Source of the DNA: Candidatus Izemoplasmatales bacterium
GTDB lineage: Bacteria > Bacillota_I > Bacilli_A > Izemoplasmatales > Hujiaoplasmataceae
Direction: 5' to 3'
Length of the DNA stretch: 64,000 bases
Assembly (NCBI GenBank): GCA_050949045.1
Contig: JBMNEZ010000001.1
Coordinates: 1,024,001 to 1,088,000 of the forward strand
Shown: piece after piece, positions 17,961 to 29,171 of the stretch
How positions within the stretch are numbered: position 1 is the first letter of the stretch
How the letters are laid out: each line of letters begins with the position of its first letter
Program-made: the position numbers and the translations under genes
Notes under the pieces: model-generated
The model's input: the letters and a program-made list of their open reading frames with translations, nothing else
The model's database searches: none
What the model was told of the DNA's origin: nothing

Positions 17961-19319
17961 TCAATCATCCCAGGACTGTTTTTCAGCGTATGCCTCGGCT
18001 TGAGCCGGGCTCAGATTGCTGAAGGTGGAGACGTTTCTGTTGAAGAGCAACTCGAAATCGCCAATCGTGCCAGAGCGGTTCTTGGCGATGTTGATCTCGA
18101 CATGGTTCTTCTTCGTAGTCTCCTGGTCGTAGTAATCCTCACGATACATGAGGAGAATGATATCGGCATCCTGTTCGATCGAACCGGATTCGCGAAGGTC
18201 AGCCATCACCGGTTTTCTTTCTTTGCGCTGCTCAACGCTTCGAGAAAGCTGGCTGAGCGCAACCACCGGGACTTTGAGTTCTCGGGCCACTTCTTTCAAG
18301 ACCCGGCTGATCTCGGATACTTCTTGGACTCTGTTTGCCTGATTATAGACAGAGCCCGAAAGCAACTGCAGATAATCGACGACGACAAGATCGAGTTTGT
18401 CATCTTGTTTGAGCTTACGGCATTTGCTTCTGAGATCGGTGACCTTGACCGTTCCGGAATCGTCAAAATAAAGATTCAGCCCTGAGAGAACGCTGAGGGC
18501 ATAATGGATCTTATCCCATTCCTGTGGCGAAATTTTGCCTTGTCGCATCCTAGAGTTATCCACTTGCGACTGGCAACTCAGAAGTCGCATCACCAATTGG
18601 TCAACGCCCATCTCAAGAGAGAAAAAGGCCACGTGCGGTCTTGACTGAAGTTTGGCGACATTGAGCGCGATATTGAGCGCAAAAGCCGTCTTTCCCATCG
18701 AAGGTCTGGCAGCGATGATGATCAAATCCGAGGGTTGGAGCCCCAGAGTATATCGATTGAGATCATAGTATTTGGTGTCAAGCCCAGTGATGGCGGATCC
18801 GATCTGGGCTTGTTCGGCAATCTTTTCGACGATGATGTTGGCAACTTCGCCGACAGCCTTGAAGTCGCTGGTCCGTTTCTCTTTGGTGATGCTCATAATT
18901 TCTTTCTCGACATCGTCGATAAAATCGGGAGTGTTGTCGGTTAAATAGGAATCATCGATGATTTTCCGACATGAATCCTGGATCTTTCTCAAAACCGATT
19001 TGTCTTTGACGATGTTGATATAGTTAAGCAGATTGGCGATCGAGGGAACGGCGTCGATCAGACCGGAGATATATTCAATCCCGCCGGCCTTGACAAGGAG
19101 ATTGTGGTTTTCCAACCGGTCGGTGAGCGTGGTGTAGTCGATTTCGATGCCTTCGTGATAGAGAGCTTTCATCGTCCGGAAGATCACCTGATGGTTTGGT
19201 GAAAAGAAATCGGATTCCTGGATTTTATCAACGATTGTCTTCATCGAAGCCGGATCAAAAAAGACCGATCCCAAGACTGCTTGTTCGGCTTCGATATTTT
19301 GTGGGGCTTTTCGTTCCAT
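17961..19319 (-). CDS. dnaB: Replicative DNA helicase
   Basis: AARPSMGKTAFALN, DYLQL, LSQLSR, DLRESGSIEQDAD. ATG 19319 follows GGAGG. Confidence 0.97.
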   Translation of the reverse strand: MERKAPQNIEAEQAVLGSVFFDPASMKTIVDKIQESDFFSPNHQVIFRTMKALYHEGIEIDYTTLTDRLENHNLLVKAGGIEYISGLIDAVPSIANLLNYINIVKDKSVLRKIQDSCRKIIDDSYLTDNTPDFIDDVEKEIMSITKEKRTSDFKAVGEVANIIVEKIAEQAQIGSAITGLDTKYYDLNRYTLGLQPSDLIIIAARPSMGKTAFALNIALNVAKLQSRPHVAFFSLEMGVDQLVMRLLSCQSQVDNSRMRQGKISPQEWDKIHYALSVLSGLNLYFDDSGTVKVTDLRSKCRKLKQDDKLDLVVVDYLQLLSGSVYNQANRVQEVSEISRVLKEVARELKVPVVALSQLSRSVEQRKERKPVMADLRESGSIEQDADIILLMYREDYYDQETTKKNHVEINIAKNRSGTIGDFELLFNRNVSTFSNLSPAQAEAYAEKQSWDD

Positions 19320-19338
19320 GGATATCCTCCCTTTTAGG

Positions 19339-19785
19339 CTATTCTTCTTCCAGCACCTGTAGATCGATAGTCGCAACGACGTCTTTATGGAGTCTGACAG
19401 GCACCTTGAAGACCCCTAGGGAATGGATGTTATCCTCAAGAGCGATTTTGCGCTTATCGATATCGATATTATATACTCTTTTATATTCTTCCGCAATCTG
19501 TTTTGTGTTTACCGCACCATATAGCTTACCCGTTTCGCCGATCTTCACATAGAGTTTGATCGGTTGATTTTCGATATCCGTTTTCAACTTCTTGGCCGCC
19601 TCAAATTCCATGAGGGCTTGTTTGTTCAGGTTTTCCCGTTCTTCCTCGATGGCCTTCAAATTGGCGACCGAGGCTTCGATTGCCTGCTTGGATGTCAGAA
19701 GATAATTGCCGTAGCCGCTGGCCACCTCAATGACTTCACCTTTTTTGCCTTTGCCCCTGACGTCTTTGGTAAGGATGATTTTCAT
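19339..19785 (-). CDS. rplI: 50S ribosomal protein L9 (internal in-frame start within the fusion ORF, 148 aa)
   Basis: Full L9 sequence from ATG 19785, preceded by AAGGAGG at 19794-19800. Confidence 0.85.
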   Translation of the reverse strand: MKIILTKDVRGKGKKGEVIEVASGYGNYLLTSKQAIEASVANLKAIEEERENLNKQALMEFEAAKKLKTDIENQPIKLYVKIGETGKLYGAVNTKQIAEEYKRVYNIDIDKRKIALEDNIHSLGVFKVPVRLHKDVVATIDLQVLEEE

Positions 19786-21780
19786 GGTCGTTGCCTCCTT
19801 GAAAGATGTTTCAAGATATGTCTCGATTTTTTTCGCGACCGCCTCGACAGATTCGTTGTCAACTTGGGCTGCGGCGTTATTGAGATGACCGCCACCACCA
19901 AATTGCTCCATGATCACGGAAACATTGAATTTGTCGACGGAGCGTGCCGAGATTGCCACTTGGCCATTCTCGATCGCGCCGATAGCGAAAGCGGCGATGA
20001 TGTTATCGATTTCAAGCAACTCGTCAGCGGTTCTCGCGAGTTGGACACGGTCAGTCCTGATCGAATCCGGAACCAGAACGAGCGCGAAGGTATTGTTGAT
20101 GATTTTCGCCTGATTGATCAGATTTGATTTGGTTTTGATATCATCCAAAGATTCTCTGAGAATCAGTCTGGCTTTGAACGGATCAGCCCCGTAACGCTTC
20201 AAGGTCGCCGCGGCTTCAAAGGTCCTGACACCGGTTCGATAAGTGAAGTTATTGGTGTCGATCATCATGCCGGCGAGCATGATCGTCGCCTCGAACTGAT
20301 TGATGGGCACTTCGATTCCATATAGTTCGACCATCTCGACTACGAGTTCGGAGGAAGATGAGGCATATGGTTCAAGATAGGTCAAAATCGTATCTTGAAG
20401 AATGTTATCGAGACGGCGATGGTGGTCGATAATGACGATATTTTTGGTTTTTTCCACCAATTTTGGCGCTATCGACTGCGTCGGGCTGTGATGGTCAACG
20501 ACAAAGAGCAATGTCTCGGCGTTGGTTAGGTTGGTCGCTTCGTCGGGGTCGATGAAATATTCGAGCAGTTTCACATACTCGCGGTTGAGCATGTCGATGA
20601 CTTTCTGACATGTCTGGTCAATGGCATCGAAGTCGAGAACAATCTTTGCTTTCTTGCCTTGAGCTATGACCATTTCAAGCACACCGATCGAAGCTCCCAA
20701 AGCATCAATATCTGTCGATTTGTGCGGCATGATCATGATGTTGTCAAATTTGGCGATGAAATCGTATATTGCTTTGGAGTTGATCCGCGCCGTGATCTTG
20801 TTGCGTTTTTCGACGGTGTTGCTTTTGCCTCCGAATATTTTCATTGGCTGGTTCTCGATATTGACGATGACCTGGTCTCCGCCTCTGCCGAGAGCTATTT
20901 TCAATGCCTCTTCGGCAAGTTCGCCCAGTTTCTCAGCATGAGTGTCGCTACAGGCAATGCCCATCGATAAGGAAACGCGGATCTCATTGAGATTGGCGAT
21001 CTCGCCGATGGTGTCCAAGATGGTGAATTCGTCGTCGATCAGTTCGTTGAGTTGCCTTCGGGTTAGATAAATAACTGATTTTTCGGGACGTAGATTGACA
21101 AAATAAATATTATATTTGGAGCACCAGGAATCAAGGGCGCCAAGAAATTTCCCCTGAAGGCTTGACTTATCCTGAAAGTCAAGGTTTTGCGTAGCTTCCG
21201 TAAAATTGTCGAAACTGAGAACACCGATTACCGGCTGGTTCTCCCGCAAGAGCCGTTTGATGTTTTCCCGCTCCGTGACTTCAAACATATAAAGCGCCTT
21301 GTTCTTGGGATAATGGATGATATCATAGTTTTTGCCATAAACGTTGATGATGAATTTGCCTTCGCGTCGCTCGATGCTTTTGCCGAGATTTTCGTGGACA
21401 AGACTCAGTTTGCGGTCGATCAGGACATTAGCGAAACATTCTTTCGCATAATGGTTGGCCCAGACAATCTGGTTGTTATCGTCATAGATCAACATGCCCA
21501 CAGGAAGATAATTTAAGGCGATATCTTCGCTATTGATGAGGCGTTTTTCGAGCAAATTCTTCTCACGAAATTTTCTCTGCAAGGTTTCTATTCGCGAATG
21601 GATCTTTTGATTTGACAAAACCGCTGTCATCAAAACAATCGCAAAAACCGCCAAAATCCCGACATAAACGAGAAAATAAACCAAGCCAAGCGTGTTAAAA
21701 ATGTAGATTACGCCAAAAGCAATCGCTCCCAAAAATAATAGAAGCGCCAGGATTGAAAGGATCAAGGGCCGTTTGTTCAT
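19339..21780 (-). CDS. gdpP: GdpP/YybT-type c-di-AMP phosphodiesterase (TM-PAS-GGDEF-like-DHH/DHHA1) fused in frame to ribosomal protein L9
   Basis: N-terminal TMs, [26 protein letters not shown] and [12 protein letters not shown], then without a stop [30 protein letters not shown] (L9). Confidence 0.9.
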   Translation of the reverse strand: MNKRPLILSILALLLFLGAIAFGVIYIFNTLGLVYFLVYVGILAVFAIVLMTAVLSNQKIHSRIETLQRKFREKNLLEKRLINSEDIALNYLPVGMLIYDDNNQIVWANHYAKECFANVLIDRKLSLVHENLGKSIERREGKFIINVYGKNYDIIHYPKNKALYMFEVTERENIKRLLRENQPVIGVLSFDNFTEATQNLDFQDKSSLQGKFLGALDSWCSKYNIYFVNLRPEKSVIYLTRRQLNELIDDEFTILDTIGEIANLNEIRVSLSMGIACSDTHAEKLGELAEEALKIALGRGGDQVIVNIENQPMKIFGGKSNTVEKRNKITARINSKAIYDFIAKFDNIMIMPHKSTDIDALGASIGVLEMVIAQGKKAKIVLDFDAIDQTCQKVIDMLNREYVKLLEYFIDPDEATNLTNAETLLFVVDHHSPTQSIAPKLVEKTKNIVIIDHHRRLDNILQDTILTYLEPYASSSSELVVEMVELYGIEVPINQFEATIMLAGMMIDTNNFTYRTGVRTFEAAATLKRYGADPFKARLILRESLDDIKTKSNLINQAKIINNTFALVLVPDSIRTDRVQLARTADELLEIDNIIAAFAIGAIENGQVAISARSVDKFNVSVIMEQFGGGGHLNNAAAQVDNESVEAVAKKIETYLETSFKEATTMKIILTKDVRGKGKKGEVIEVASGYGNYLLTSKQAIEASVANLKAIEEERENLNKQALMEFEAAKKLKTDIENQPIKLYVKIGETGKLYGAVNTKQIAEEYKRVYNIDIDKRKIALEDNIHSLGVFKVPVRLHKDVVATIDLQVLEEE

Positions 21781-21881
21781 GGATATTCTACCTCTACTTT
21801 AAATCAAAATAATTATATCACAACAGCCATTTAAATACCAAATTATAGAAAAAAAAGACTCATTGAGTCTTTTTTGCGCTC

Positions 21882-22142
21882 TTATTCCTTGACATATGGC
21901 AACAACGCCATGAAACGAGCACGTTTGATCGCTATTGCCAAGTGTTTCTGGTAATATGCCTTGGTACCGGTAACTCGTCGCGGAAGGATCTTGCCTCTTT
22001 CGGAAATGAATCTTTTTAAAAGTTCGCAATCCTTGAAATCGATATATGTGATTTTGTTATCGGTAAAATAACAGCGTTTGCGTTTGCGGCTGCGAGCACC
22101 GCGAAACGCAGCGGGCTGAGTACTCTGTTGTTTGTTGTTCAT
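21882..22142 (-). CDS. rpsR: 30S ribosomal protein S18
   Basis: [24 protein letters not shown]...[13 protein letters not shown]. Confidence 0.97.
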   Translation of the reverse strand: MNNKQQSTQPAAFRGARSRKRKRCYFTDNKITYIDFKDCELLKRFISERGKILPRRVTGTKAYYQKHLAIAIKRARFMALLPYVKE

Positions 22143-22160
22143 GATTGGACCTCCCCTGGT

Positions 22161-22583
22161 TTAGAATGGTAAATCGTCTTCGATGATGTCGATTTGACTA
22201 TCGGCTTCATCTGTTTTGGTGCTTTCTTGCGGTTGATAATTGTCAGATTGGGATTTGGGGCTGAGAAACACGACTTGGTCACAGACAATTTCCGTCACAT
22301 ATCGCCTTACGTTGTTTTTCTCATCCATGTAGTTGCGGGTCTGGAGTCTGCCCTCGACAGCGACAAGACTGCCTTTGCTGCAGTATTTGCTGACATTTTC
22401 GGCCGGTTTCCGCCAGACGATGCAATCAAAGAAATCGGCATTGCTTTCGCCCTGAGTCTGGCTTGAACTCTGAAACGAACGATTGACAGCTAAAGTGAAA
22501 GAAGCGACCGGAATGTTGCTGTTGGTATATCTGAGTTCCGGGTCTCTTACCATTCTGCCGATCATTACGACTTTGTTCAACAT
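22161..22583 (-). CDS. ssb: Single-stranded DNA-binding protein
   Basis: MLNKVVMIGRMVRDPELRYT, VEGRLQTRNY, C-terminal DDLPF. Confidence 0.97.
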   Translation of the reverse strand: MLNKVVMIGRMVRDPELRYTNSNIPVASFTLAVNRSFQSSSQTQGESNADFFDCIVWRKPAENVSKYCSKGSLVAVEGRLQTRNYMDEKNNVRRYVTEIVCDQVVFLSPKSQSDNYQPQESTKTDEADSQIDIIEDDLPF

Positions 22584-22598
22584 AATATCCTCTCCAAC

Positions 22599-22889
22599 TT
22601 ACTTTTCTTCTCTTGAGATGATGATATGGCGCAGGACGTCTTCCTTGATCTTTATGACGCGATCAAACTCAGCGGTTGCTTCCGGTGTCGTCAAGACGTC
22701 GATGACTACATAGTAGCCTTTCTTCAAATCGGCGATCTCATAAGCCAGTTCGCGCATTCCCCATTCATCGACAATCAACTCTTCGGCGCCGCGGTCAGTC
22801 AGGATCGCGTTCAGTTCGCCGATAAGTGCATCCCTTGCCTCTTGTTCGAGAGACGGGCGAATGATATACATGATCTCGTACTTTCTCAT
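22599..22889 (-). CDS. rpsF: 30S ribosomal protein S6
   Basis: MRKYEIMYIIRP...WGMRELAYEI...VLRHIII. Confidence 0.97.
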   Translation of the reverse strand: MRKYEIMYIIRPSLEQEARDALIGELNAILTDRGAEELIVDEWGMRELAYEIADLKKGYYVVIDVLTTPEATAEFDRVIKIKEDVLRHIIISREEK

Positions 22890-22896
22890 TATTTTT

Positions 22897-22935
22897 TCCT
22901 CCTTCTGGTCTGATGGCTGCTTTCGCAGCAAGGTA
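22897..22935 (-). promoter_or_regulatory. S6:S18 ribosomal-protein leader RNA
   Basis: CCUU-GCUGC-GAAA-GCAGC-CAUCAGACCA-GAAGGAGG: an outer stem occludes the SD, with an inner hairpin followed by a CC element. This is the architecture of the S6:S18 autoregulatory leader, directly upstream of rpsF. Confidence 0.7.
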
Positions 22936-23142
22936 TGAAAAATCTCACGGTTAGTAATTATATCACAGTCACTATCTTTTGTCTAGAATAAGCTTGTTCA
23001 GTAAAAAGAAAAAGCAAACACCAATACTATTAGATTATCTTGACTCGCTTTCCTTACGAGGAGAAAATGAAGCCAGTTAGAAAACAAAGTCGGCTCAATA
23101 TATATCAGGTGCTTTAAAGATATCATGAGATTGCTGATCGTG

Positions 23143-23859
23143 TTATTGTGCTTTTTGGTTCAAATAATGGATCACGAACGCCAAAGCGAAAGCGACAGCT
23201 TGTTTCCTGATCTGGTTTCTCGATCCTCGGAATGTCTTTTTAATGGTAGTGAGGTCATCACCGATCGCAAAGCCAAGACAGACTTCACCAAGTCGCTCTG
23301 ACTGCGATCCAGAAGTCGGGCCGGCATAACCGCTCGTCGCGATAACAATGTTGGCCTTCGTGAGCATTTGCGTATTTTTAGCCATTTCCCCGACCACTTC
23401 AAGGCTGACTTCCCCATAACATTCAATCAGCGACATTGGAATACTTAATGCCTCAGATTTTGCCTTAGCGTCGTAGAGTACAAAAGCTTTCCTAATGATT
23501 CGTGAAGCACCCGGGACGTTGATGATCCGCGAGGCAATCATTCCCCCGGTGATTGATTCGGCAGTCGAGACTAGAAGATTTCTGCTCAGAAGACACTCAT
23601 AAAAAACTTCTTCGAGCGGCTTTCCCCCTTTGGATACGATCCACTTCTGATACATACCGACAAAGGCGCGGTTGAGGGTGTCAAATTGTTCCCGCTCGCG
23701 AGCTTTTAAAATTGCTTTAATCCCGTCAATGGTCTCTTTGAACTCAATGCCTTCAGCTATATTAGCTTGATGAAGCATCTTTCCCATAGCGACAGCCTGA
23801 TCAAGATCGATGCCAAAGAGGATATAGGTTTCTTTGAATCCGTTTTTAGAAGATGCCAT
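23143..23859 (-). CDS. CinA C-terminal / PncC-type nicotinamide-nucleotide amidohydrolase with short N-terminal extension
   Basis: STAESITGGMIASRI..VPGAS, GEVSLEV, TSGYAGP, GSRNQIR. Confidence 0.85.
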   Translation of the reverse strand: MASSKNGFKETYILFGIDLDQAVAMGKMLHQANIAEGIEFKETIDGIKAILKAREREQFDTLNRAFVGMYQKWIVSKGGKPLEEVFYECLLSRNLLVSTAESITGGMIASRIINVPGASRIIRKAFVLYDAKAKSEALSIPMSLIECYGEVSLEVVGEMAKNTQMLTKANIVIATSGYAGPTSGSQSERLGEVCLGFAIGDDLTTIKKTFRGSRNQIRKQAVAFALAFVIHYLNQKAQ

Positions 23860-23876
23860 ACTCCGCTACTTCCCTC

Positions 23877-24995
23877 CTAGATGTTGAACCGGAAATGAAA
23901 GATGTCTCCGTCCCTCGCAACATAATCCTTGCCCTCAAGACGGTACTTGCCCATCTCCTTTGCCTTTGCCTCACTGCCCGCAATTAGAAGATCCGCAAAA
24001 GCAATAGTTTCCGCTCGGATGAATCCCTTCTCAAAATCGGAATGAATGACACCGCCGCATTCTGGAGCTTTCATTCCTTTCTTAAAAGTCCATGAACGCA
24101 CTTCTTTCTCACTTCCCGTGAAGAAAGTCTCCAATCCCAACAAATCATAGGTTTTCCTGATCAAATCGTCAAGTCCTGATTGTTTGAGGCCGATCTCCTC
24201 CATAAAAGCTAGCCGGTCGGCGTCATCCAATTCGGATAGTTCCTGTTCGATTTTCGCGCTGACAGCCGTGACTCTGGAGTTTTCACCAACAGCTCTTTCC
24301 TGAATTTTTCTCACATAATCGTTTTGGTCGGGATCATGGATGTCAGCTTCGGATATATTACAAACATACAACATCGGCTTCGCCGTCAAAAAACTGAAGT
24401 TTTTGATTATTTTCAGTTCCTCTTTCGTCAATTGAAGGCTTCTGATCGGTGATCCCGCCATCAATTGATCGTGAAGTTTGCACAGAACTTGGTACTCTTC
24501 AACCGCTTCACGATCAGCCTTTGTCTGCGCCCGTTTCTCGATTTTAGGCATGCGTTTCTCAACAACTTCTAAATCAGCGAAAATCAGTTCGAGTTGAATC
24601 GTTTCAATATCCCGGATCGGATCGACGCTGCCTTCGACATGGAGGACGTTGGGATCGGTGAAACAACGGACTACCTGGCACAACGAATCACAATTCCTGA
24701 TGAAAGAGAGAAATTGATTGCCCAAGCCCTCGCCCTTGGATGATCCCCTGACCAATCCAGCGACATCGGTGAGTTCAAAAGATGTATAGACGACTTTTCT
24801 CGGCTTGTAGATTTCGATCAGTTTTTCCATTCGCCAGTCGGGAACCTCGACAACGCCGACATTGGGCTCGATTGTCGCAAACGGATAGTTGCTGGCTGGC
24901 ATTTTGGCTTTTATAACCGCGTTAAACACCGTAGTCTTGCCAACATTGGGTAATCCGATAATTCCCGCATTGAGTCCCATCCTGATCATCTCCAA
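23877..24995 (-). CDS. ychF: Redox-regulated ATPase YchF
   Basis: GIIGLPNVGKT, NYPFATIEPN, DVAGLV, IHSDFEKGFIRAE. The start may be ATG 24980. Confidence 0.96.
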   Translation of the reverse strand: MEMIRMGLNAGIIGLPNVGKTTVFNAVIKAKMPASNYPFATIEPNVGVVEVPDWRMEKLIEIYKPRKVVYTSFELTDVAGLVRGSSKGEGLGNQFLSFIRNCDSLCQVVRCFTDPNVLHVEGSVDPIRDIETIQLELIFADLEVVEKRMPKIEKRAQTKADREAVEEYQVLCKLHDQLMAGSPIRSLQLTKEELKIIKNFSFLTAKPMLYVCNISEADIHDPDQNDYVRKIQERAVGENSRVTAVSAKIEQELSELDDADRLAFMEEIGLKQSGLDDLIRKTYDLLGLETFFTGSEKEVRSWTFKKGMKAPECGGVIHSDFEKGFIRAETIAFADLLIAGSEAKAKEMGKYRLEGKDYVARDGDIFHFRFNI

Positions 24996-25018
24996 ACAAA
25001 ACGCATTTTTTATCTAGT

Positions 25019-25792
25019 TCATAAGCCAAAGAGTCTTTGCGCATTGCGCGTGGTGGCGAGCGCCACCTCCTCGTAGGACAAGCCCTTAAGACCAGCTATC
25101 TCTCTTGCGATATGACAAAGGTACTTCGGCTCGTTTGGTTTTCCCCGCACCGGTTGAGGAGCTAGGTAGGGGGAATCAGTCTCGATGACGAGTCTTTCCA
25201 GAGGCACTTTCACCGCAACTTCTTTGGAAACCCGGGCGTTTTTGAAAGTTACGGGCCCGGCAAGGGAAATATACATATTTAGTTCAATAAAGTCGTTCAT
25301 TGACTCGTGGCTTCCGGAATAGCAGTGCATCACGCCCAAAAGATCTGGTCGCTTATACTGCTTGATAATCTGATAGGTATCCAAGACGGCGTCACGCATA
25401 TGAACTGATATCGGCAGGTTCAGTTCATTGGCAATTTTAATTTGTTCGATGAAAACTCTTTTTTGGGCCTCGATTTGACTTTTATCCCAATAATAATCGA
25501 GCCCGATTTCGCCGATTGCGACAACTCTCTCTTTCTTTGCTCGTTCCCTGAGCCAATTGAGCTCCAAATCGCCAATCTCATGAGCACTTGCCGGGTGAAA
25601 ACCGACGGCCGCGTAGACACTATCGAATTCATTGGCGATCGAAAGAGCCCGTTCGGAATGGAAGCGATCATAGCCAATACAAATGAATTGATCGACACCG
25701 ACGTTGACGGCAGCTGTAATCACTTCCTCCAGACGCTGGTAAATCGAGTCGTCGTTAAGATGAACATGCGAATCAATCAGCGATACTTTCAT
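25019..25792 (-). CDS. tatD: TatD family DNase
   Basis: DSHVHL, GFHP, GEIGLDYYW, VHMRDA, MHCYSG, ETDSPYLAP. Confidence 0.93.
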   Translation of the reverse strand: MKVSLIDSHVHLNDDSIYQRLEEVITAAVNVGVDQFICIGYDRFHSERALSIANEFDSVYAAVGFHPASAHEIGDLELNWLRERAKKERVVAIGEIGLDYYWDKSQIEAQKRVFIEQIKIANELNLPISVHMRDAVLDTYQIIKQYKRPDLLGVMHCYSGSHESMNDFIELNMYISLAGPVTFKNARVSKEVAVKVPLERLVIETDSPYLAPQPVRGKPNEPKYLCHIAREIAGLKGLSYEEVALATTRNAQRLFGL

Positions 25793-25798
25793 GCTTGC

Positions 25799-27748
25799 TT
25801 ATTCCAGTTCGAGATAGGTTTTGACGACATTTTCAACCGTAAAGCCGAAATAGGAAAGAACATCTTGAAGTTTAGCGGAAACGCCGAACGTATCGATCCC
25901 CAACACATTCCGGGAAAAGCGGTACCAGAGTCCGCTCGCGCCCATTTCAAGCGCCAGGCGTCTTTGACAAGCCGGAGGCAGGATTTGATCTTGATATGCT
26001 TGCGGTTGTTGTAAAAACAATTCCATCGACGGCATCGAGACGACTCTGACGGCGATGCCGTCACGATTCATAAGCACCTCTTGGGCTTTCAATGCCAATT
26101 CGACTTCGCTTCCCGATGCGATCAGGATCCCGGTGAAATCCCGCTCATCCTTGGCAATATAGCCGCCCTTGACCAGGTCCTCGTACCTCGCTTGATGCAT
26201 CACGGTAATATCCTGTCTAGTCATCGCGATCAAAGTCGGAGTCTTGGCTTCGCCGACCGCATAGCGGACGGCATGTCTGGTTTCATTGCTGTCGGCCGGT
26301 CTGATGACGATCAGCCCCGGCGTCGAGCGGAACATCGCGAGCTGTTCAATCGGCTCGTGCGTCGGTCCGTCTTCTCCCACCCCGACGGAATCGTGGGTGA
26401 AAAGAAACATTGAGGGTATTTTCATGATCGCAGCTAACCTGATCGGCGGCTTCATGTAATCGGAGAAAACGAAGAACCCGCTCCCAAAAGCTTTTAGATG
26501 GTGGAGAGTCATCCCATTGACGATCGCTCCCATCGCGTGTTCTCTCACTCCGAAATTGATATTGCGCCCAAGGGGGGTCTCTTTGCTAAAATTGCCGTCG
26601 TTGCCTTTGACATTCGTCGAAGAAGCAAGGTCGGCCGAACCTCCCATTAGGGCGGGGATTTTTTCGGACAGTAGCGGGAGAAATTTTCCGACTGTCTTTC
26701 TCGTTGCTTCCTTATGGCCGATGGGATCCAAAGCATAAAGATCGGCGATGTCGACACCGCAGTTCCTATTGATGATATTCTCTAATTCCGCATGCAGTTC
26801 GGGATAAGCATCATGATACTTTTTTAGGAGTTTGTTCCATTTGGAAAATGCTTTTTTTCCGCGGTTTCCAAAACGCTTTTCAAAATCGGCGACTGCCACA
26901 TTGTCGACATGATACAGGGTCGTTTCAAAGCCGGCTTCCTCTTTCAGCCTGCGCGTTTCATCGGGACCGAGGGGCGAACCGTGAACTGAACTGGTTCCCT
27001 GCTTCGCGGATCCTTGGCCGATGATGCTCTTGATTTCGATGAAACCCGGTTTGTTCACTTGTTTTGCGCTTTCGATTGCGATCGAGACTTCGAGAACATT
27101 ATTGGCGTCCCTGACCAGTTGATAATAATAGCCCATGCTTTCCATCTTCATCCGCAAGTCTTCAGACACCGCATTTTTCGTTGGCCCGTCGAGTTGGATA
27201 TCGTTGGAGTCATGGATAATGATCAACCGTTCGAGGCCGAGATGGCCGGCAAGGCTGAGTGCTTCAAGAGCCACTCCCTCCTGCAAATCTCCGTCACCGC
27301 AAAGAACATAGGTGTAATGATCGATTACGGGAAAGCCCGGCCTGTTGAAATGATGGCGAAGATGGCATTCCGCTATCGCATTGCCGACAGCCATTCCAAG
27401 CCCTTGTCCAAGCGGGCCGGTCGTTGCTTCGACCCCAGGTGTGTGACCATACTCCGGATGACCGGGAGTCATCGATCCAAGCTGGCGAAACCGTTTGAGT
27501 TCATCTAGCGGAAGGTCGTAACCCGCGAGATGCAAAACAGCGTATAAAAGTGCCGATCCGTGACCGGCCGAGAGAAAGAAGCGATCCCGATTGAACCAGT
27601 CCGGATTCTTTGGATCGCTCGTGAGATGATACTGATATAAAGAGTACAAGATCGGGGCGGCTCCGAGAACAATCCCAGGATGACCGCTTTTGGCACCATC
27701 GATCATATCAAGACCGAGAAATCTGATGTTTTGGATTGTTTTTTCCAT
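25799..27748 (-). CDS. tkt: Transketolase
   Basis: SGHPG, PGHPE, TGPLGQG, GDGDLQEG, GEDGPTHEP. Confidence 0.97.
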   Translation of the reverse strand: MEKTIQNIRFLGLDMIDGAKSGHPGIVLGAAPILYSLYQYHLTSDPKNPDWFNRDRFFLSAGHGSALLYAVLHLAGYDLPLDELKRFRQLGSMTPGHPEYGHTPGVEATTGPLGQGLGMAVGNAIAECHLRHHFNRPGFPVIDHYTYVLCGDGDLQEGVALEALSLAGHLGLERLIIIHDSNDIQLDGPTKNAVSEDLRMKMESMGYYYQLVRDANNVLEVSIAIESAKQVNKPGFIEIKSIIGQGSAKQGTSSVHGSPLGPDETRRLKEEAGFETTLYHVDNVAVADFEKRFGNRGKKAFSKWNKLLKKYHDAYPELHAELENIINRNCGVDIADLYALDPIGHKEATRKTVGKFLPLLSEKIPALMGGSADLASSTNVKGNDGNFSKETPLGRNINFGVREHAMGAIVNGMTLHHLKAFGSGFFVFSDYMKPPIRLAAIMKIPSMFLFTHDSVGVGEDGPTHEPIEQLAMFRSTPGLIVIRPADSNETRHAVRYAVGEAKTPTLIAMTRQDITVMHQARYEDLVKGGYIAKDERDFTGILIASGSEVELALKAQEVLMNRDGIAVRVVSMPSMELFLQQPQAYQDQILPPACQRRLALEMGASGLWYRFSRNVLGIDTFGVSAKLQDVLSYFGFTVENVVKTYLELE

Positions 27749-27838
27749 AGTTGTGCTCCTTTAAACAAAAGTGTTGATCGAAGAGTGTCGATACCATTAA
27801 AATTATACCATATCCAGATTACTAAGCCAATCAAAGAC

Positions 27839-27866
27839 AAAAAAAGGGATGCTCGCGCATCCCTAT
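27839..27866 (-). terminator. Intrinsic terminator after tuf
   Basis: agggatgc/gcatccct stem plus T-run. Confidence 0.75.
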
Positions 27867-27875
27867 TTGTAAGTG

Positions 27876-29060
27876 CTATTCGATGATTTCTACGACAGAA
27901 CCGGCACCGACGGTGTGACCGCCTTCGCGGATTGAGAACTTTGTTCCCTGTTCGATGGCGATCGGGTGGATCAATTCGACAATCATGACGGTATTGTCGC
28001 CGGGCATGACCATTTCTACGCCTTTTTGAAGATCGATGACACCGGTGACATCAGTTGTCCGGAAGTAGAACTGCGGACGGTAGTTGCTGAAGAACGGAGT
28101 GTGTCGGCCGCCTTCTTCTTTGCTCAAAACATACACCTGAGCGGTGAACTTGGTGTGCGGGGTAACCGATTTTGGTTTGGCGATGACTTGACCGCGCTGG
28201 ACTTCCTCACGCGCTACGCCTCTCAGAAGCAAACCAACATTATCGCCTGCTTGGGCATAGTCCAAAAGTTTTCTGAACATTTCTACGCCGGTGACAACCG
28301 TTGACCTTGTCGGACGGATGCCAACGATTTCGACTGGTTCATTGACTTTGATCGTTCCACGATCAACACGTCCGGTGACGACGGTGCCACGGCCAGTGAT
28401 GGTGAACACGTCCTCGACAGGCATCAAGAACGGTTTGTCCACGGGTCTTTCTGGAAGCGGGATATAGTCGTCGACAGCCTGCATGAGTTCCAAGATTTTC
28501 TTCTGGGCTTCCTCATCGCCTTCCATTGCTTTGAGGGCGCTTCCAACGATGACCGGAGTTTCATCCCCTGGGAATTGGTATTCGTTCAGAAGTTCACGAA
28601 TCTCCATTTCAACGAGTTCGATTAACTCATCATCATCGACCATATCGGCTTTGTTCAGGAAAACGACGATCTTGGGAACGCCGACCTGACGGCTGAGCAG
28701 GATGTGCTCTCTTGTTTGGGGCATCGCGCCATCAGCTGCGGACACAACTAAAATCGCTCCGTCCATTTGGGCGGCGCCTGTGATCATGTTTTTGACATAG
28801 TCGGCGTGTCCGGGGCAGTCAACGTGAGCATAATGGCGATTCTTGGTCTCATACTCAATGTGAGCGGTATTGATCGTAATTCCTCTTGCTTTTTCCTCCG
28901 GTGCGGCATCGATTGAGGCATAGTCTTTCACAAGGGCCAGGCCTTGTTTCGCAAGAACCATGGTGATAGCTGCGGTCAACGTGGTCTTGCCATGGTCGAC
29001 GTGACCAATCGTGCCGATGTTGACATGTGGTTTTGTCCTTTCAAATTTTGCTTTTGCCAT
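27876..29060 (-). CDS. tuf: Elongation factor Tu
   Basis: [31 protein letters not shown] at 29060. Confidence 0.99.
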   Translation of the reverse strand: MAKAKFERTKPHVNIGTIGHVDHGKTTLTAAITMVLAKQGLALVKDYASIDAAPEEKARGITINTAHIEYETKNRHYAHVDCPGHADYVKNMITGAAQMDGAILVVSAADGAMPQTREHILLSRQVGVPKIVVFLNKADMVDDDELIELVEMEIRELLNEYQFPGDETPVIVGSALKAMEGDEEAQKKILELMQAVDDYIPLPERPVDKPFLMPVEDVFTITGRGTVVTGRVDRGTIKVNEPVEIVGIRPTRSTVVTGVEMFRKLLDYAQAGDNVGLLLRGVAREEVQRGQVIAKPKSVTPHTKFTAQVYVLSKEEGGRHTPFFSNYRPQFYFRTTDVTGVIDLQKGVEMVMPGDNTVMIVELIHPIAIEQGTKFSIREGGHTVGAGSVVEIIE

Positions 29061-29111
29061 AATTGGATCTCCTTTATACATATTGTTTTAATTAGTCGCT
29101 TAATAAATATT

Positions 29112-29140
29112 ATTGTATAACAAGATGTCGAATATTGCAA
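29112..29140 (-). promoter_or_regulatory. Sigma-A type internal promoter for tuf
   Basis: TTGCAA-17nt-TACAAT in the fusA-tuf spacer. Confidence 0.65.
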
Positions 29141-29171
29141 TAGATAACTTTCTGGTCGAAATCGGAAAAGT

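Noticed and set aside
23067..23117. Plus-strand 16-codon ORF MKPVRKQSRLNIYQVL after GAGGAG
   Set aside because: SD spacing is only 3 nt and there is no clear promoter; cannot be supported.
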